From the NCBI GenBank assembly GCA_020891255.1, contig BQFW01000002.1, positions 2,294,001 through 2,358,000 on the forward strand: 64,000 nt of DNA, in the 5' to 3' direction. Origin of the DNA: Entomortierella parvispora E1425 (Eukaryota; Fungi; Mortierellomycota). Made by a program: the position numbers and the translations under genes. The notes under the pieces were generated by a model, which was not told the origin of the DNA, did no database searches, and saw only the letters and a list, made by a program, of their open reading frames with translations. Below are positions 35,180-47,757 of the stretch, one piece after another; positions within the stretch are counted from its first letter, which is position 1; every line of letters starts with the position of its first letter.

Positions 35180-38100
35180 ATGGAATTCATACATCGCGCT
35201 ATCCCCCACCGTGTTCGCCGCCTCTTCGCCAACAAGGCCAAGGAGGGCAATGGCCCAGAGGACAGCTACCGGTTACGACGCATGGAGTCGCATGCGTCCA
35301 TGACAGCAACCAAGCGTAGGCGCATCTATCTCAACTTGACACCAGAGTCCATCGAGAATGACCTTGATGCACCGAACGAGTCGCTGCCACATTACCCGAC
35401 CAACAAGATCACGACCTCGGTAAAACCCTCTTCCAGCACCTGTTTGCTTCTATTGCTGTTGTATCATCCAGTGGTGCAGTGTGGTGTTCCATCTCTTTCA
35501 ACAGTCAGAGAGGCCAGATACGGATGGACGTGCAGGGTCTTTTTTCTTTCTTATTTTTCTTTCTCTATTCCCTTTTTTTTTTCTTCGCCCTTGCAGAAGG
35601 GCCACCTTAAGCCTCCTTGTGTGCGTCGTGAGAAGGGCCGACCGCTGTGCTGGTTATTTTGGGACACGAGTCGAGTCGGTTGCAGCCAGGTGAGGTCGAC
35701 CCCTGTTCATGTCCCGCTGGGTGCTGAGTGCAGAGTGCCCGTTGGCGAACTGGCCAACAGGAGCTCAACTACCCTTTTTTTTTTTTTTTTTTTTTTTTTT
35801 TGCGGTCTCTCGATCGCCCACTTCGTCATTATCCTCGTCATCCATTTGTGCCTGCTCTCTCTTTTCCCCTCCGCTGGCTTCCAGTCCGGATAACGCGGCA
35901 ACCCCTTACCCACGGCAACTCTGTATTTTTTTTTTCCTTTTTTACTACTGCCACATTGAACGTTGAATTGGTCTGTTCGCAAACCCACGTTCATACACCC
36001 ACACATGCAGCACGCACTTTCTCGCAACTTTTTCTCCAAGTGATCCGGCTGGATCATGATATTTTGTGTTGCCACAACAATGATCACAACCGACGGCAAG
36101 GCAAAAAAAAGGAGTATTGTTTGTCGAGTGAGTGAGCATAGTGAGGTGCGCAGGCGGGGCACATGGCGAGTGGCAGGGGCGCCCTACCCTGCTCTTGTCT
36201 ATTTCCAGGAGAAGAGGAGGGGAGAAGGGGCAAGAGGGGAGTGCAACACCACCCTGCAGAGATTAGACAGGTCGAGCGGTGCGTCGATCTGGTCTGGTGA
36301 AAAGAACTACGTTCACTCAAGGTTCGGTTATAATTCGCTCGGGTGAATCATAATCCCTTTTTGTGTCTTTCTACGGGCTTCCCTGTCCTCCTGGCTTCCC
36401 TTGGATGGGATTGGATTGGCCTGAGGCTGACCTGAGTTGTTCTGGACTGACTCTCAGGGCGGCAGCAGAAGCCAAGGTGTGTTTGATAACAAAGATGACG
36501 GACGACTCGACTCTTCGGGGGGCTGTTATTCCTTCCCTCAGGGTAGGCGAATCGAGGTGCTGTGGACTGCGCCAGAGTGCTCTCATCTCATCCTGTTCTG
36601 CCGTTATTTTTAATCGCATCGTTCTTCCTTTTTTGGATCAACGGTCGACACGAGAGAGGGCAATCCAGTTTTCCCTGTGTTCTGGTCTGTCTGTCTATCT
36701 GTGTTGTGTGCATGCGTGCGTGCGTGCGTGCGTATGTCTGTCTTTCCGTTTGCTTGTTCTTGTTTGATATTCCTTTTCTTCTGCTTTAACAATCAGCTTG
36801 AGCGAGCGAGTGAGAGTCTTGGTAGTAAGGGCGGGTGTCCACGACGACAGCGTGGCCGCATGATTGCTTTCCCTTTGGACTAAAGTCCAGTCATGCCAGG
36901 CTAGACTTTTTAGACTGAGTCATATCAGGCTGTACCTGCAGCAATCGAACAATGTGTCCCTCACTCTGTGCAACCATAACCCATTCCACCAAAATTAACG
37001 CTCTTTTTCTTTCATGTTCGCCATCCATCTAGAAATACGATCTGTTCTCGTTCATACCCAAAAACCTGTTTGAGCAATTCCGTCGTATTGCCAATCTTTA
37101 TTTCTTGTTCGTTGCTGGACTCTCCATCGCCCCAGTCCTAGGTGGATTTGCACCGTTCCTCACCTTCTTGCCCCTTATCTTCATCATCACTGTCACAGCC
37201 ATCAAGGATGGTATCGAGGACTGGAAGCGTAGAAAATCTGACGAGGCCTTCAACAATGCCCCCGCTATCCTCCTTCGCAACTGGACAAACACAAACTTAC
37301 ACTCTGGATCGTCCTCAAAACTGGAGCTGATCCAGTCCTTGTTCAGCAAACTGTTCTCCTGGAGCAATAAGTCACTCGATCCTTCAAAACATAACAGAGC
37401 AGCCGCGATCAATGCCATGGCGCTAGCACCTACGACCCCCAGCGGTCGTTCGGATCAAAACTCGTATTTCGATGGACACAATGGCACCTCGATCAATGGT
37501 GCGACCCCAGACGGTCAGGAGTCTGCTGGCAGACCTGCGCGCCGAATTCGTCGCAACATCCCCCATTCTGTCCTTAATCACACAGAGTCATATTCTGGAA
37601 AAGCAGCAGCGTCGGGCGCAAAGTGGAAGGATTGTATCTGGCAGGACGTCAAAGTCGGCGATATCGTGTACCTGAAAAACGACGACCCAATCCCTGCAGA
37701 TATGGTCATCCTTTCTACATCGGAGCCAGATGGACTCTGTTTTATCGAAACCAAGAACTTGGACGGAGAAACCAACTTGAAGATTAGACGTGGATTGACG
37801 GCGACCAATGGACTCAAAACCCCAGCAGACATTGAACGTGCCGCCTTTTACGTCGAGTCCGAAGCACCACATGCCAATCTGTATTCATACCAAGGAGCAC
37901 TCAAATGGCTCATTTCTGACGGCGCAGACATGCCTGCAGGAGATCGTGTTGTTCACAACAAGACAGAGTCCATCACCATTAACGAGATCCTCCTCCGTGG
38001 ATGTGTTCTCAGAAACACTGGGCATGTTATTGGAATGGTTCTCTTTACGGGCACGGATTCCAAGATCATGCTGAACTCGGGCGACACTCCCAGTAAACGC

Positions 38101-41100
38101 AGTCGTATCGAGAAGGATCTCAACTTCCATGTAAGGCTTAGGATCATGTTGTTTTGAAGGTGTCTTATCGATCGGTGACAGTCCCAACTCATTTATTCTA
38201 TTCAAATTCTAGATTGTCATGAACTTTGTTATCCTGTTTGCTCTTTCTCTTGGATCTGCTATCGCCAACGGCGTCATTTTTGGAGATACAAACAACAATT
38301 CTGCAACCTACTTTGAATATGGTGCCGATGCATCCACACCTTTCATGTCGGCCTTCATTACCTTTTGGTAAGTCACAGACTCCCACTCCCAGTCTACAAG
38401 CCCTAGAAAACTTTTTGTCTGCTTTTCTATTGCTGCTAGCAAATCTGACCGAGATATTTGTCGCTTTTGTTTTCCTGAATAGGTCATGTATGATTCTGTA
38501 TCAGAACATTGTGCCCATTTCACTCTACATCAGTATTGAAATTGTCAAGACTGCACAGGCCTATTTCATTCACAAGGATATTGACATGTATGACGAGCGC
38601 GTGGACCAAGCTTGTACTCCAAAGACATGGAACATCTCGGACGACCTGGGTCAAATCGAGTACATCTTTTCGGACAAGACTGGCACACTCACCCAAAACG
38701 TCATGGAGTTTCAAAAATGCACCATCAATGGAATCGACTATGGTATTGGCGAGACGGATGCGACCCGTGGACAAAAAATGAGTGGTGATGGAGAATTCGA
38801 ACCCATGGAATTCGAGTCGGATGAGGAGTACTTGATCAAGTTGAATCAGGAGCGAATCAAAATGAAGACCGCCATGGATCAGTTGTTCGACAACAGGTAT
38901 TATTCTGACAAGACTACGTTTGTGGACTCGGACCTCTTCCTTGATATGGCCGACCCTACCTCGAAGCATGCCAAAGCTATCATGAACTTTTGGACAGGAA
39001 TTGCAGTCTGCCATACTGTTCTCTCGGAGCGCGATATGGACACGGATCCTTACAAAATCGAGTACAAGGCTCAATCCCCTGATGAGGCTGCATTGGTCTC
39101 GACTGCCCGCGATGTGGGCTTTGTTTTCCTGGAGAAAAAGGGCGCAATGCTGCATTTGGAGATCATGGGCCAGCCTCGGGCGTACCAAGTTTTGAATATC
39201 CTGGAGTTCAACTCCAACCGAAAGCGCATGTCCATCATCTTGAGACCGCCAGAGGGAGGCATTGTGCTCGTCTGCAAAGGAGCTGATAGCGTTATTTATG
39301 AGCGACTCGACAAGGCCGAGGAACAGAGCAAGTTGCGAGAAGACACTTTGGTTGACCTCGAGAGATTTGCAAACGAAGGTAAGGCTATAGATGCCTGTTT
39401 AGCAATTGTGCCTTTTGTCTTTTTTTTGAAAAATTTCTAACGTAAACATAAATGTCGCTTTTAGGTCTCCGTACGCTTTGTCTAGCCTACCGAAAGATCA
39501 GCGAAGAAGAATATGCGGAGTGGGCGCTGGATTACGATGAGGCTTGCAACACGATCCATAATCGCGACGAAAACATCGAAAATGCCTGTGAAACCATTGA
39601 GCACTCACTTATTCTCTTGGGAGGCACTGCTATTGAGGATCGTCTTCAAGAAGGTGTGCCCGAGTGCATTGCCCTTCTCTCCCGCGCAGGAATCAAGCTC
39701 TGGGTCCTTACCGGAGACAAGACCGAGACGGCCATCAACATTGGATTCGCCTGTAATCTTTTGCAGCGGGATATGATCTTGATCATCATTCAAGCGCAGG
39801 ACAAAGAAGACACTCGGGAGCAGCTAATGAAGGCTTTGGACAAGTTCTGGGGCAGGGAGGCTGACAAGGATCCATCTCTTACCAACAAATCTCATGCGCT
39901 GATTATCGATGGCGAAACACTGAAATACGGTCTATCGCCAGCTTTGAGCGGCTTATTGTTGGACGTCAGTAAGCGCTGCAAGTCTGTGATCTGCTGTCGT
40001 GTCTCCCCCTTGCAAAAGGCCAAGGTCGTGAGCATGGTCAAGAGAGGACTGGATGTTATGACACTCTCGATCGGAGACGGTGCCAATGATGTTTCTATGA
40101 TCCAGGAAGCCAACATTGGAGTGGGTATTGCCGGAGAAGAGGGTCGTCAGGCTGTCATGGCTTCTGATTTTGCAATCGCCCAGTTCCGATTTTTGTCAAA
40201 GCTGCTCCTTGTCCATGGACGATGGTCCTATATCCGTATCTCAGAGATGATTTTGAGTTTCTTCTACAAAAACGTCATCTGGACCTTGACTATCTTTTGG
40301 TTCCAGTTCTTCTCAGGGTAAGACTCAACTGAATGTTGCATTTATTGTCCCTCGCTTATGACCGATGGCTAAACTATATCTTCTTTTGATACCATAGATT
40401 TACGGCACTTCTTTTGTTCGACTACACTTTTGTGATGCTGTACAACTTGCTCTTCACCTCGTTGCCAATCATGTTTATGGGTGCATTTGATCAGGATGTG
40501 GATGCCAAGACGTCGATGCAGTTCCCCGCTCTTTATCTCCGTGGAATCAAGCAGAAGCATTTCACTCGTAGCAAGTTCTGGCTCTATGTCCTCGATGGAG
40601 CGTACCAGTCCGTCATTTGTTTCTTTGTTCCCTGGTATATCTCCAACGGCGTCTACTCTAATGGCCACAGCACCAACGACCTGGTCGCATTCGGAACCCT
40701 GATTTCTGCCTGTTCTGTTGTGGTCGCCAATCTCTATGTGGGTCTGAACATGTTCCATTGGACAAAGATGGTGTTTGCCGTTATCTTTGGGTCTATTGTT
40801 GTGTTCTTTCTCTACTGCTGGGTTTATGCCAACTTCTTCACGATCGAGAACACATTCTATGGAATGGACAAGATTCTGCTCGCTAGTCCTTCGTTCTGGT
40901 TTGCAATCGTGCTCTCCGTGATCCTGACCATGTTGCCTCACTACGCATACAAGTTTGCTCGCCAGTACATCAAGCCCAACGACATCATCATTATCCGCGA
41001 GCAGATTTACAGGGAGAAGCATCCTTCAAAGAAGGAGCGTCGCGCTCGCAAGCTGAAGGCTATGGCACTCAGGGAGCAGGAATTGAATGGAACTAGCTCC

Positions 41101-42645
41101 AGTTTCCAGGATGCTGGAATCACTAGCACACCTAGTCATGTCCTGGGAGATGACGATCTCGAAGACGATGATTTGGATCAGATCCCTGTGATTCGAAACT
41201 CGCCTACGATCCTCTCACCAGAAGACTCTAGCAAACCAGGAGACATTCGACAGCGCCAGCCCTCACCTTCACCAATGGCAAGTCTAAGCAGGATGGATGA
41301 GGCGTATCACCTAAAGGGCTCATCAGAGGCATCCACAAGTTCTGCGTCATCCCTTGGACAGCCATCGCAGCACTCGGTACCCCCAAGAGAGCTCGTTGGA
41401 CGGAGACGTGTCGTGAGCAATAACAACTCTGCCAATGCCGCTGGTTTAGGAGAAGCAGATATTGGCGTGGATCTCTATGGTGGTATTCAGATTGCAACTC
41501 CTGCCAGGGCCTTTGACAACCGTCATGGTGATTCATCCTCGTCACTTCCGATGCACTCGGGCGGTAGTAACAGCCACCTGCAAACTGGCTCATCCGATCC
41601 GACCATGCTGGAACCCGTTGCGCGCAAATTTGGTCAAGGCTACCCTACAACCTCATTCTCGTTTAACCAGGAGTTTGTTGAAGCTGTGGCAGCTGGATCA
41701 GCCGCCTTGGCTGCTAGCACTCCAGAGCGGCCCCGTGTCAAACGTCAAAGTACACCCTCGGTTCCCGTGGGAGGAGCCAACTTTAGATTCATGGGAGATG
41801 ATTCACCACCACTTCCAGATGGCACGACTTCTGTATCATCTGGACCTCAAGGTCAAAAGCCTGGACATACTGGATTCGCCTTTTCGACCGATGATGCCTC
41901 CGCATTCGTCTACTCGCATCTGAACCGAATTCACAGTGCCAGCCACGATGAGAGAGCTTCAATGGCCGCCGCCAACAGAGCCCGCAAGCGTGCTTCTCAA
42001 ATGAATCAAGCTCAAGCGGGCAAGGTTGGATCGGGAGGAGCAGGATCGGGTAGAAACTTTGCCGGTCGAAACAGTGTGGATGGGAGTGAATTTGGTTCGT
42101 CGTCACCTTCAAGGCCCGGATTCGATTTGCTTTCTGGGTTGAGCTACAGTGACAGTGGCGAGTCTCCCCCACCAAAATACTTGTCCTCGGTTCCCTCGAC
42201 TTCCAGTTCACCTCCTCCAACCTGCGATACGACCGCGGTCGATTACTCGACTGTGTCTAGTCGGCGTGATTCTTTAACGAGGCGCCCTAGGGGACTCTCG
42301 AGGTCGATCACAGCACCCGACATGCCTGTTGCGGAGTTGAGCGCTATGTTGTTGCAGCAGCAAAAAGATATGGAAGTGAGCATGGAGCGGCTTGCCAAGG
42401 CCCAGGCATCTGTCCGAGCCGCCCATGAGCAACAACAACAGCAGCAACAGCGGATTCGGTTCCAAGGGGCGAGTGCCAGTAGTGCCTTCGACACGAGCCC
42501 CGTGGTTGTTCCGTCAGAAACGCAAGAGCGTGGCTTGACAGCCGTACAGCAACCCCCCTCGTCATCTTCATTACCTCCAGCTAGGAGGGACCCGTCGTCC
42601 ACATCCACCGTCACCTCTACGAAACAAGATGAGCACTTTGAGTAG
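35180..42645 (+). CDS. DNF1: P4-type ATPase phospholipid flippase (Dnf1/Dnf2-like), 5 introns
   Basis: Exon 1 ...HYPTNKITTS is joined over intron 35420-37032 to KYDLFSFIPKNLFEQFRRIANLYF. Also ETKNLDGETNLK, YQNIVPISLY, FSDKTGTLTQN, WVLTGDK and IGDGANDVSMIQ. Confidence 0.95.
35775..35801. repeat. T27 homopolymer in flippase intron 1
   Basis: Direct reading. Confidence 0.9.
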
Positions 42646-43249
42646 AATCCTCTTCATTCAATAAAACACGAACATGCATATTACACCATTATCTGATCTC
42701 CACTGGCAGATGTGATGAGAGAGGGGTATTGTGGTCATGTGAGGGTACGTTGGTCTTCAACCTGGCCATGCTCTCAACTCGCAAGGAGACAAGGAGCAAA
42801 CACCCCAGCTACTCCCCCAAACGGGTTTTATCCAGATTTTCACGATCCCTCGGTATGGTTCAGAGAGCATTTTTTTATTGTTTTGTTCTGAGGTGCTTTG
42901 GGTGGAGAGAGGGAAAGAGAGCTCACCCCTACTCTCCGACGCGTCTGTTTTTTGGCCAGGTTGGATGCAGCATTGGCAAGTGCTCTCAAGAAACAAGAAA
43001 CGGCGCAGACTGAGGGTAGAAAAGGCTGAAAAAGAAAACATGCTCGCGGGCCGGTGGACACAGGCACGATCCTGGAATTGATGGTGGATCCGATCTTTGT
43101 TCCTGTGGATCTGTATTCTGCCGCTGGTGTTCGCATCAACCTTCTTCATCAACCGACCCACTGACTGCTCTAGCCCCCATCCGTGCTCTGTTTGCTCTGT
43201 TCTCAGCAGAATTCTGAGGTGCAAGCGGACATCCAGGACCAGGCTTGTG

Positions 43250-43257
43250 TATATAAA
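43250..43257 (+). promoter_or_regulatory. TATA box upstream of the CotH gene
   Basis: TATATAAA about 180 nt before ATG 43438, followed by a pyrimidine-rich leader. Confidence 0.55.
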
Positions 43258-43437
43258 ACAGGTCATCCCGGGAAACCAGCGGTTTTTTTTTCTCCTTCGC
43301 ACCACCCATAGCCCACTTACACCCCTCACAACCTCTTCAGGTCTACTTCTGCCGCTCTCCCCCCGACCTTCTCTTCCCATCCGCTACTCCTTCTCTTCCT
43401 CACTCCTCACCGCACGACCACGCTCCTACCAATACCA

Positions 43438-45187
43438 ATGCGCATCTTTGTACTATCGACAGCTCTCGCTCTTGCAGCGACTGGCGCGCTTGCAGATGGT
43501 ACGTGCCGACACGAACAAGCCCAGCGCCTTAGCCTTACCTTAACGCATTCATCATACTCACCCCGGCTCTCTTTTTCTCTCATCATGAAACGACTTGTGG
43601 AAACCAAAATAATCCATCGCAGTCACCTATAATGTTGTTGGATTCCCAGAGGATAAGGGCTCGTTCGGAGTGGTGATCAACAAAAAGATGACCCCCATGA
43701 CGACCACAAACGCCACTTACCCTCTCTGGACTGTCACCGTCCCTGGCGCCTCGGGTGGCTCGGGTTGGCGTTATGTCAAGTTGTCCCCTGAGGGCAAAGA
43801 GATCCAACGGGAGTCCTTCCTTCGTTCCTTCGTCAACAAGAAATCCACGGTGACAGACAACCAAGTGTTCTTGAGAATCAACACAAAGACGTCTTTGCCC
43901 GCTTTGCCCCAGGTTTACACTAATGTTGAGCCCTTGCCTTCCAAGGCCTTTGATGAAACTCAGATGGCGACGATCCACATCACAGCCAACGAGGCAGACT
44001 TTGCAGACATGGTTGCTCACCCCTTGGATGAGGAGCGCAAGGCCCTCAAGTGCGGCTTCCGATTCATCAATGCCGACACGATTTACAGTGCCGCAGAGGT
44101 CAAGGTCAAGGTGTCGGGTCATGGCTCGCGCAAGTACCAAAAGTTGTCCCTCCGCGTCAAGTTTGATCAGGACAAGGGCGAGACGTTCTTTGATCGCCCT
44201 ATCATCAAGCTGCGATCCGAGACTTCAGACCCGACCTTGATCCGTGAAAAGACTTATGGCGATATCCTGAACGCGATCGGTGTCAAGGCCTCCCAGGCTG
44301 CTTGGGTCCGTGTCTATGTGAACAACAAGCCCTTTGGTTTTCACCTGATGATGGAGGACATTGAGGAGCCTTTCTTGAGAACGACCATTCACAAGGGTCA
44401 ACAGGTTCCCAAGGATCTGGGATCGCTCTACCAGATGGGATCCCACGTCGTGGGCGAGGAGGCCACCATGCTTTACCTGGGACCCAACACCACCAACTAT
44501 AACCCCGAGACGTACGAGAACAAGATCCGTGGTGACAACACCAAGGCCGAGCCCATGGCTCAATTGATCGCGTTCATGAAGGATTTGCAAGAGTACGACC
44601 CTACTTTGCCCAACGCAGTCAAGTTCTGGAACACGCGTCTGGATGTGGACGGATTCTTGAAGGCCATGGTCATGGAGTACCTTGCAGGCGCTTGGGATTC
44701 GTACTGGTGGAAGGGCAACAACTTTTTCATGTACTACAACCCAGTCAATGCCCGCTGGCAGTTTATCGCGACGGATTTCGACTCTACGTTCAGTGACGGT
44801 GGTCGTGCCGATGTCTTGACGACGTACAAGAAGTTTGCGGCGAGTCGCATGCGCCGCTCCGGCAAGGACCATCCTTTGGTCTCAAAGCTGATTTACAAGA
44901 ATAAGGAGATCAACGCATTATTTGAAAAGACCCTGTTGACGGTCACTCAAAAGGTCTTCAACCCCAACGTCTTGAACCCTAGACTTGATGCCTACGCAAA
45001 GATGATTGAGGACGAGGTCAAGTGGGATTTGGCCATTAATCGCTCCAAGAACCCCGGCAAGAAGTCTTTTTCTTTCGATGACTTTCAAAAGTCCATGAAC
45101 GGACCTGTCACTGGCGTGACTATCGGTATTAAGCCTTGGATCGCTGGTCGTGCCAAGGATGTGCCTCCTCAGATCACCAAGAAGTAG
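43438..45187 (+). CDS. cotH: Secreted CotH-family atypical kinase / spore-coat protein, 1 intron
   Basis: Signal peptide MRIFVLSTALALAATGALAD; KLSLRVKF, IKLRS, DPTLIREK, VRVYVNNKPFGFHLMMEDI, WDSYWWKGNNFFMY, WQFIATDFDSTF. Confidence 0.92.
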
Positions 45188-45313
45188 ACACAAAGAAATA
45201 GTATTTATTATAGTTAATAATAAATTAATAGGAAGTGCATGTAGAGGAGTGTGGTTTGTTTCGTCAGTTGAATGGTACATAGAGTATATTTTTTTTTATT
45301 GAGAATGGACACC

Positions 45314-46036
45314 TTAGCTCGCGTCCTCGCTTCTGGACTTTTTCGCAGCAGCCGACATGTCATCCAGCACGCCACTGCGTTTCTCGGCCGTGGAGGGCGT
45401 TGCCGTCGTCGCTTCCTTTGGCAACTCGAGACAAGCACCCTCAACCTCACCGGGATCAGCCTCCATAACCAAATCGACCTCATCCTTGTCTTGATCCAAT
45501 TCTTCGTCTTCACCTCCATAAATTCCGCCCTTAGGCTTGTATTGATCCAATGGATCTGAGGAGACTGAAGAATCTACGTCCATGGATATGACCGATTCTG
45601 AATCCCCTGAAGCGTCTACAGTCGATTCTGATGCAGTGTTAGCAGCTGCGGTGGGAGCAGCTGCATCGGCAGTGGTTGGTTGTTGTTCCTGTTGCTGCTG
45701 CTCCCTTTGTTGTTGCTTTTTGGTCTGTCCTTTCTTGCCGTTGTTGGGCTGTCCAGGTACTTTAGTCCGCACCTTGTTCTTCTCGGGAGCGTTTTCACCA
45801 GCGGCATCAAGGACGCCCTGCTGAACCAGGATCTCTGTCAGGCCCGTGTTGATAGAGTCTTGCAAGGTAGAAAGCGACGAGGCCAGCGCAGTGAGGTATT
45901 GCTCCTTGGAGGATCCAACTGCGGATGGATCAATGGTGATTGCTTGCAAGAATGATCTTGAGAGTGGTGATGAAGCGGAGGCATCGGATCCTGTGTTGGC
46001 AGAGTAAACTGCTGAGATGGAGGTATTGTCGGCCAT
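45314..46036 (-). CDS. GON7: Probable EKC/KEOPS subunit Gon7 with an acidic tail
   Basis: ISAVYSAN...RSF and YLTALASSLSTLQDSINTGLT resemble yeast Gon7 (YLGQLRTQLTGLQDDINEFLT). 240-aa intronless ORF. Confidence 0.6.
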   Translation of the reverse strand: MADNTSISAVYSANTGSDASASSPLSRSFLQAITIDPSAVGSSKEQYLTALASSLSTLQDSINTGLTEILVQQGVLDAAGENAPEKNKVRTKVPGQPNNGKKGQTKKQQQREQQQQEQQPTTADAAAPTAAANTASESTVDASGDSESVISMDVDSSVSSDPLDQYKPKGGIYGGEDEELDQDKDEVDLVMEADPGEVEGACLELPKEATTATPSTAEKRSGVLDDMSAAAKKSRSEDAS

Positions 46037-46276
46037 GGTCGATGAATGATTGCTGTGCGAGAAACAGAGGGAGAGACAAGAATGCAGTCAGTCAGTAGAA
46101 GTACGAAAAAAAAGCCCTCTCACTGCACGTCACTCAGACCCTTTGATCAAAGGGAAAAGGAGACTTTTTTCTCACTTCTCGCGTTTATCATAGTGCTCTC
46201 GCTTTTTTTTCTTTTCTTTCCTTTTTCTCTTTCTCTTTCTCATCACTCCATCCCTTTCTCATCCCTACTATCAGCC

Positions 46277-47594
46277 ATGGCCACCTACTTCCAGTCCACT
46301 CCCCGCAACTACTCTGATGTCACCATCACCGCCGAGGGCATCAACACTGACGAGTTCCTCCAGGCCACCGAGGGTCTCGTCAAGATCTTCGGTACACTTT
46401 TTGTCCATCATCCTTTCCTTCCCTCATGCTTTCTTTTTTCTTTCTCTTGTCCCTGTCTTGGAACTCTGGAGGCTAACTTTTCTTCTTACTTCTTACCTTC
46501 ATAGACCTCTTTGGTTCTGTGTTCGCCGTTGTTCAGAACGACATGAACGGCAACATCAAGGTACAGAAATGAAAAAAAAGGGGTCACACGAATTTGTCAG
46601 GAACATTGAGATGAGAGAGAAATACGGAATGTAGCAGGACAGAGACAAGATGACCTGTGTATGGCGTGACCAAAGATCTGCGTTGGTTGCATGCCACCGC
46701 ATCTCATCTTGTGGATGGCAATTCGTGCGAAAAGATACAAGGTTGCGCCCTGTCAGCCTAAATGAACCCTCACTAAATTATCGACGTCCAAATCTGTGTA
46801 AAAATAGAAAATCCGCGAGCGTTACTTGACCAACCCCGAGGTCAACTCCACCCTCCAGAAGCTCGTCAAGAGTGAGCAGGCTGAGAAGAAGAAGACTGCC
46901 ACCGAGGGTCTTTTGTGGCTCACTCGGTAAGGATCCTATTTACGTTCTTCCGATATGGAGCTGTTGCCTTCAGGAGGTCGACCAAAGCAATTCGATCAGG
47001 TGGATCAGGAGGATCAAAATATGTTTGGGGAATCACAGAGTCGACATTGAGAGAAAGCGTGTGTTGTGTGGTCTGATGGTGCTTTGAACGGGGGCAACTT
47101 GCTATGGCCTGATGTGAGAGATCAATGTTCTATGTCGGGCTCTGCAAGGCAGGGATCGACGGTAAAATTGAATTTGTGGCACAATTTACATTTACTGAAA
47201 CTTTCTATTTTCTCCCCTTAGTGGTCTTGACTTCACCCTCCAGTCCTTGGAGCGCAGCGAGGCCAACCCCACCGAGGAGCTCTCCGTGTCTTTCACCAAG
47301 GGTTACGAGGCCACTCTTCGCCAATACCACGGCATGCTCGTCCGCCCTATTTTCGCTGTACGTATAGTTCAATTGATTCATGAATGGATAGACGCAACAG
47401 AGTGCATGCCTAACAGCTCTTTCTCTTCTGACTGTATTTAGATGGCCATGAAGGCTTGCCCATACCGTGCCGACTTTTACGCCAAGTTGGGAAGCGACCA
47501 GGGACTTGTCAAGCAGGACCTTTCTGCCTACTTGGGAGGTCTTCGCAAGATTGTTGTCGACATCCAGCAGTTCTACACTACCGTCAAGGTTTAA
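46277..47594 (+). CDS. Glycolipid transfer protein (GLTP/HET-C2-like), 4 introns
   Basis: INTDEFLQATEGLVKIF/DLFGSVFAVVQNDMNGNIK/KIRER; TATEGLLWLTR/GLDF; YHGMLVRPIF; AMKACPYRADFYAKL. Confidence 0.93.
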
Positions 47595-47757
47595 ATTGCC
47601 ACATATATCCGTCCACCCCTGTCCTTTTTTTACATATAAAGACAAGGAGCGGCAGCTCCTTGATGAAATGACGTTCCTTCCTGTTAGCGAATCAAACTGA
47701 AACTCTTACTATACAGATGTCAAAATTATATTGATTTTTTTTTTGGTCTATTATTTC

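Noticed and set aside
35707-36162. 151-aa minus-strand ORF in flippase intron 1
   Set aside because: Low complexity, runs through the homopolymer, no motif.
47660-47700. C/D-box snoRNA (TGATGA...CTGA)
   Set aside because: About 40 nt is too short, with no terminal stem or evident guide.
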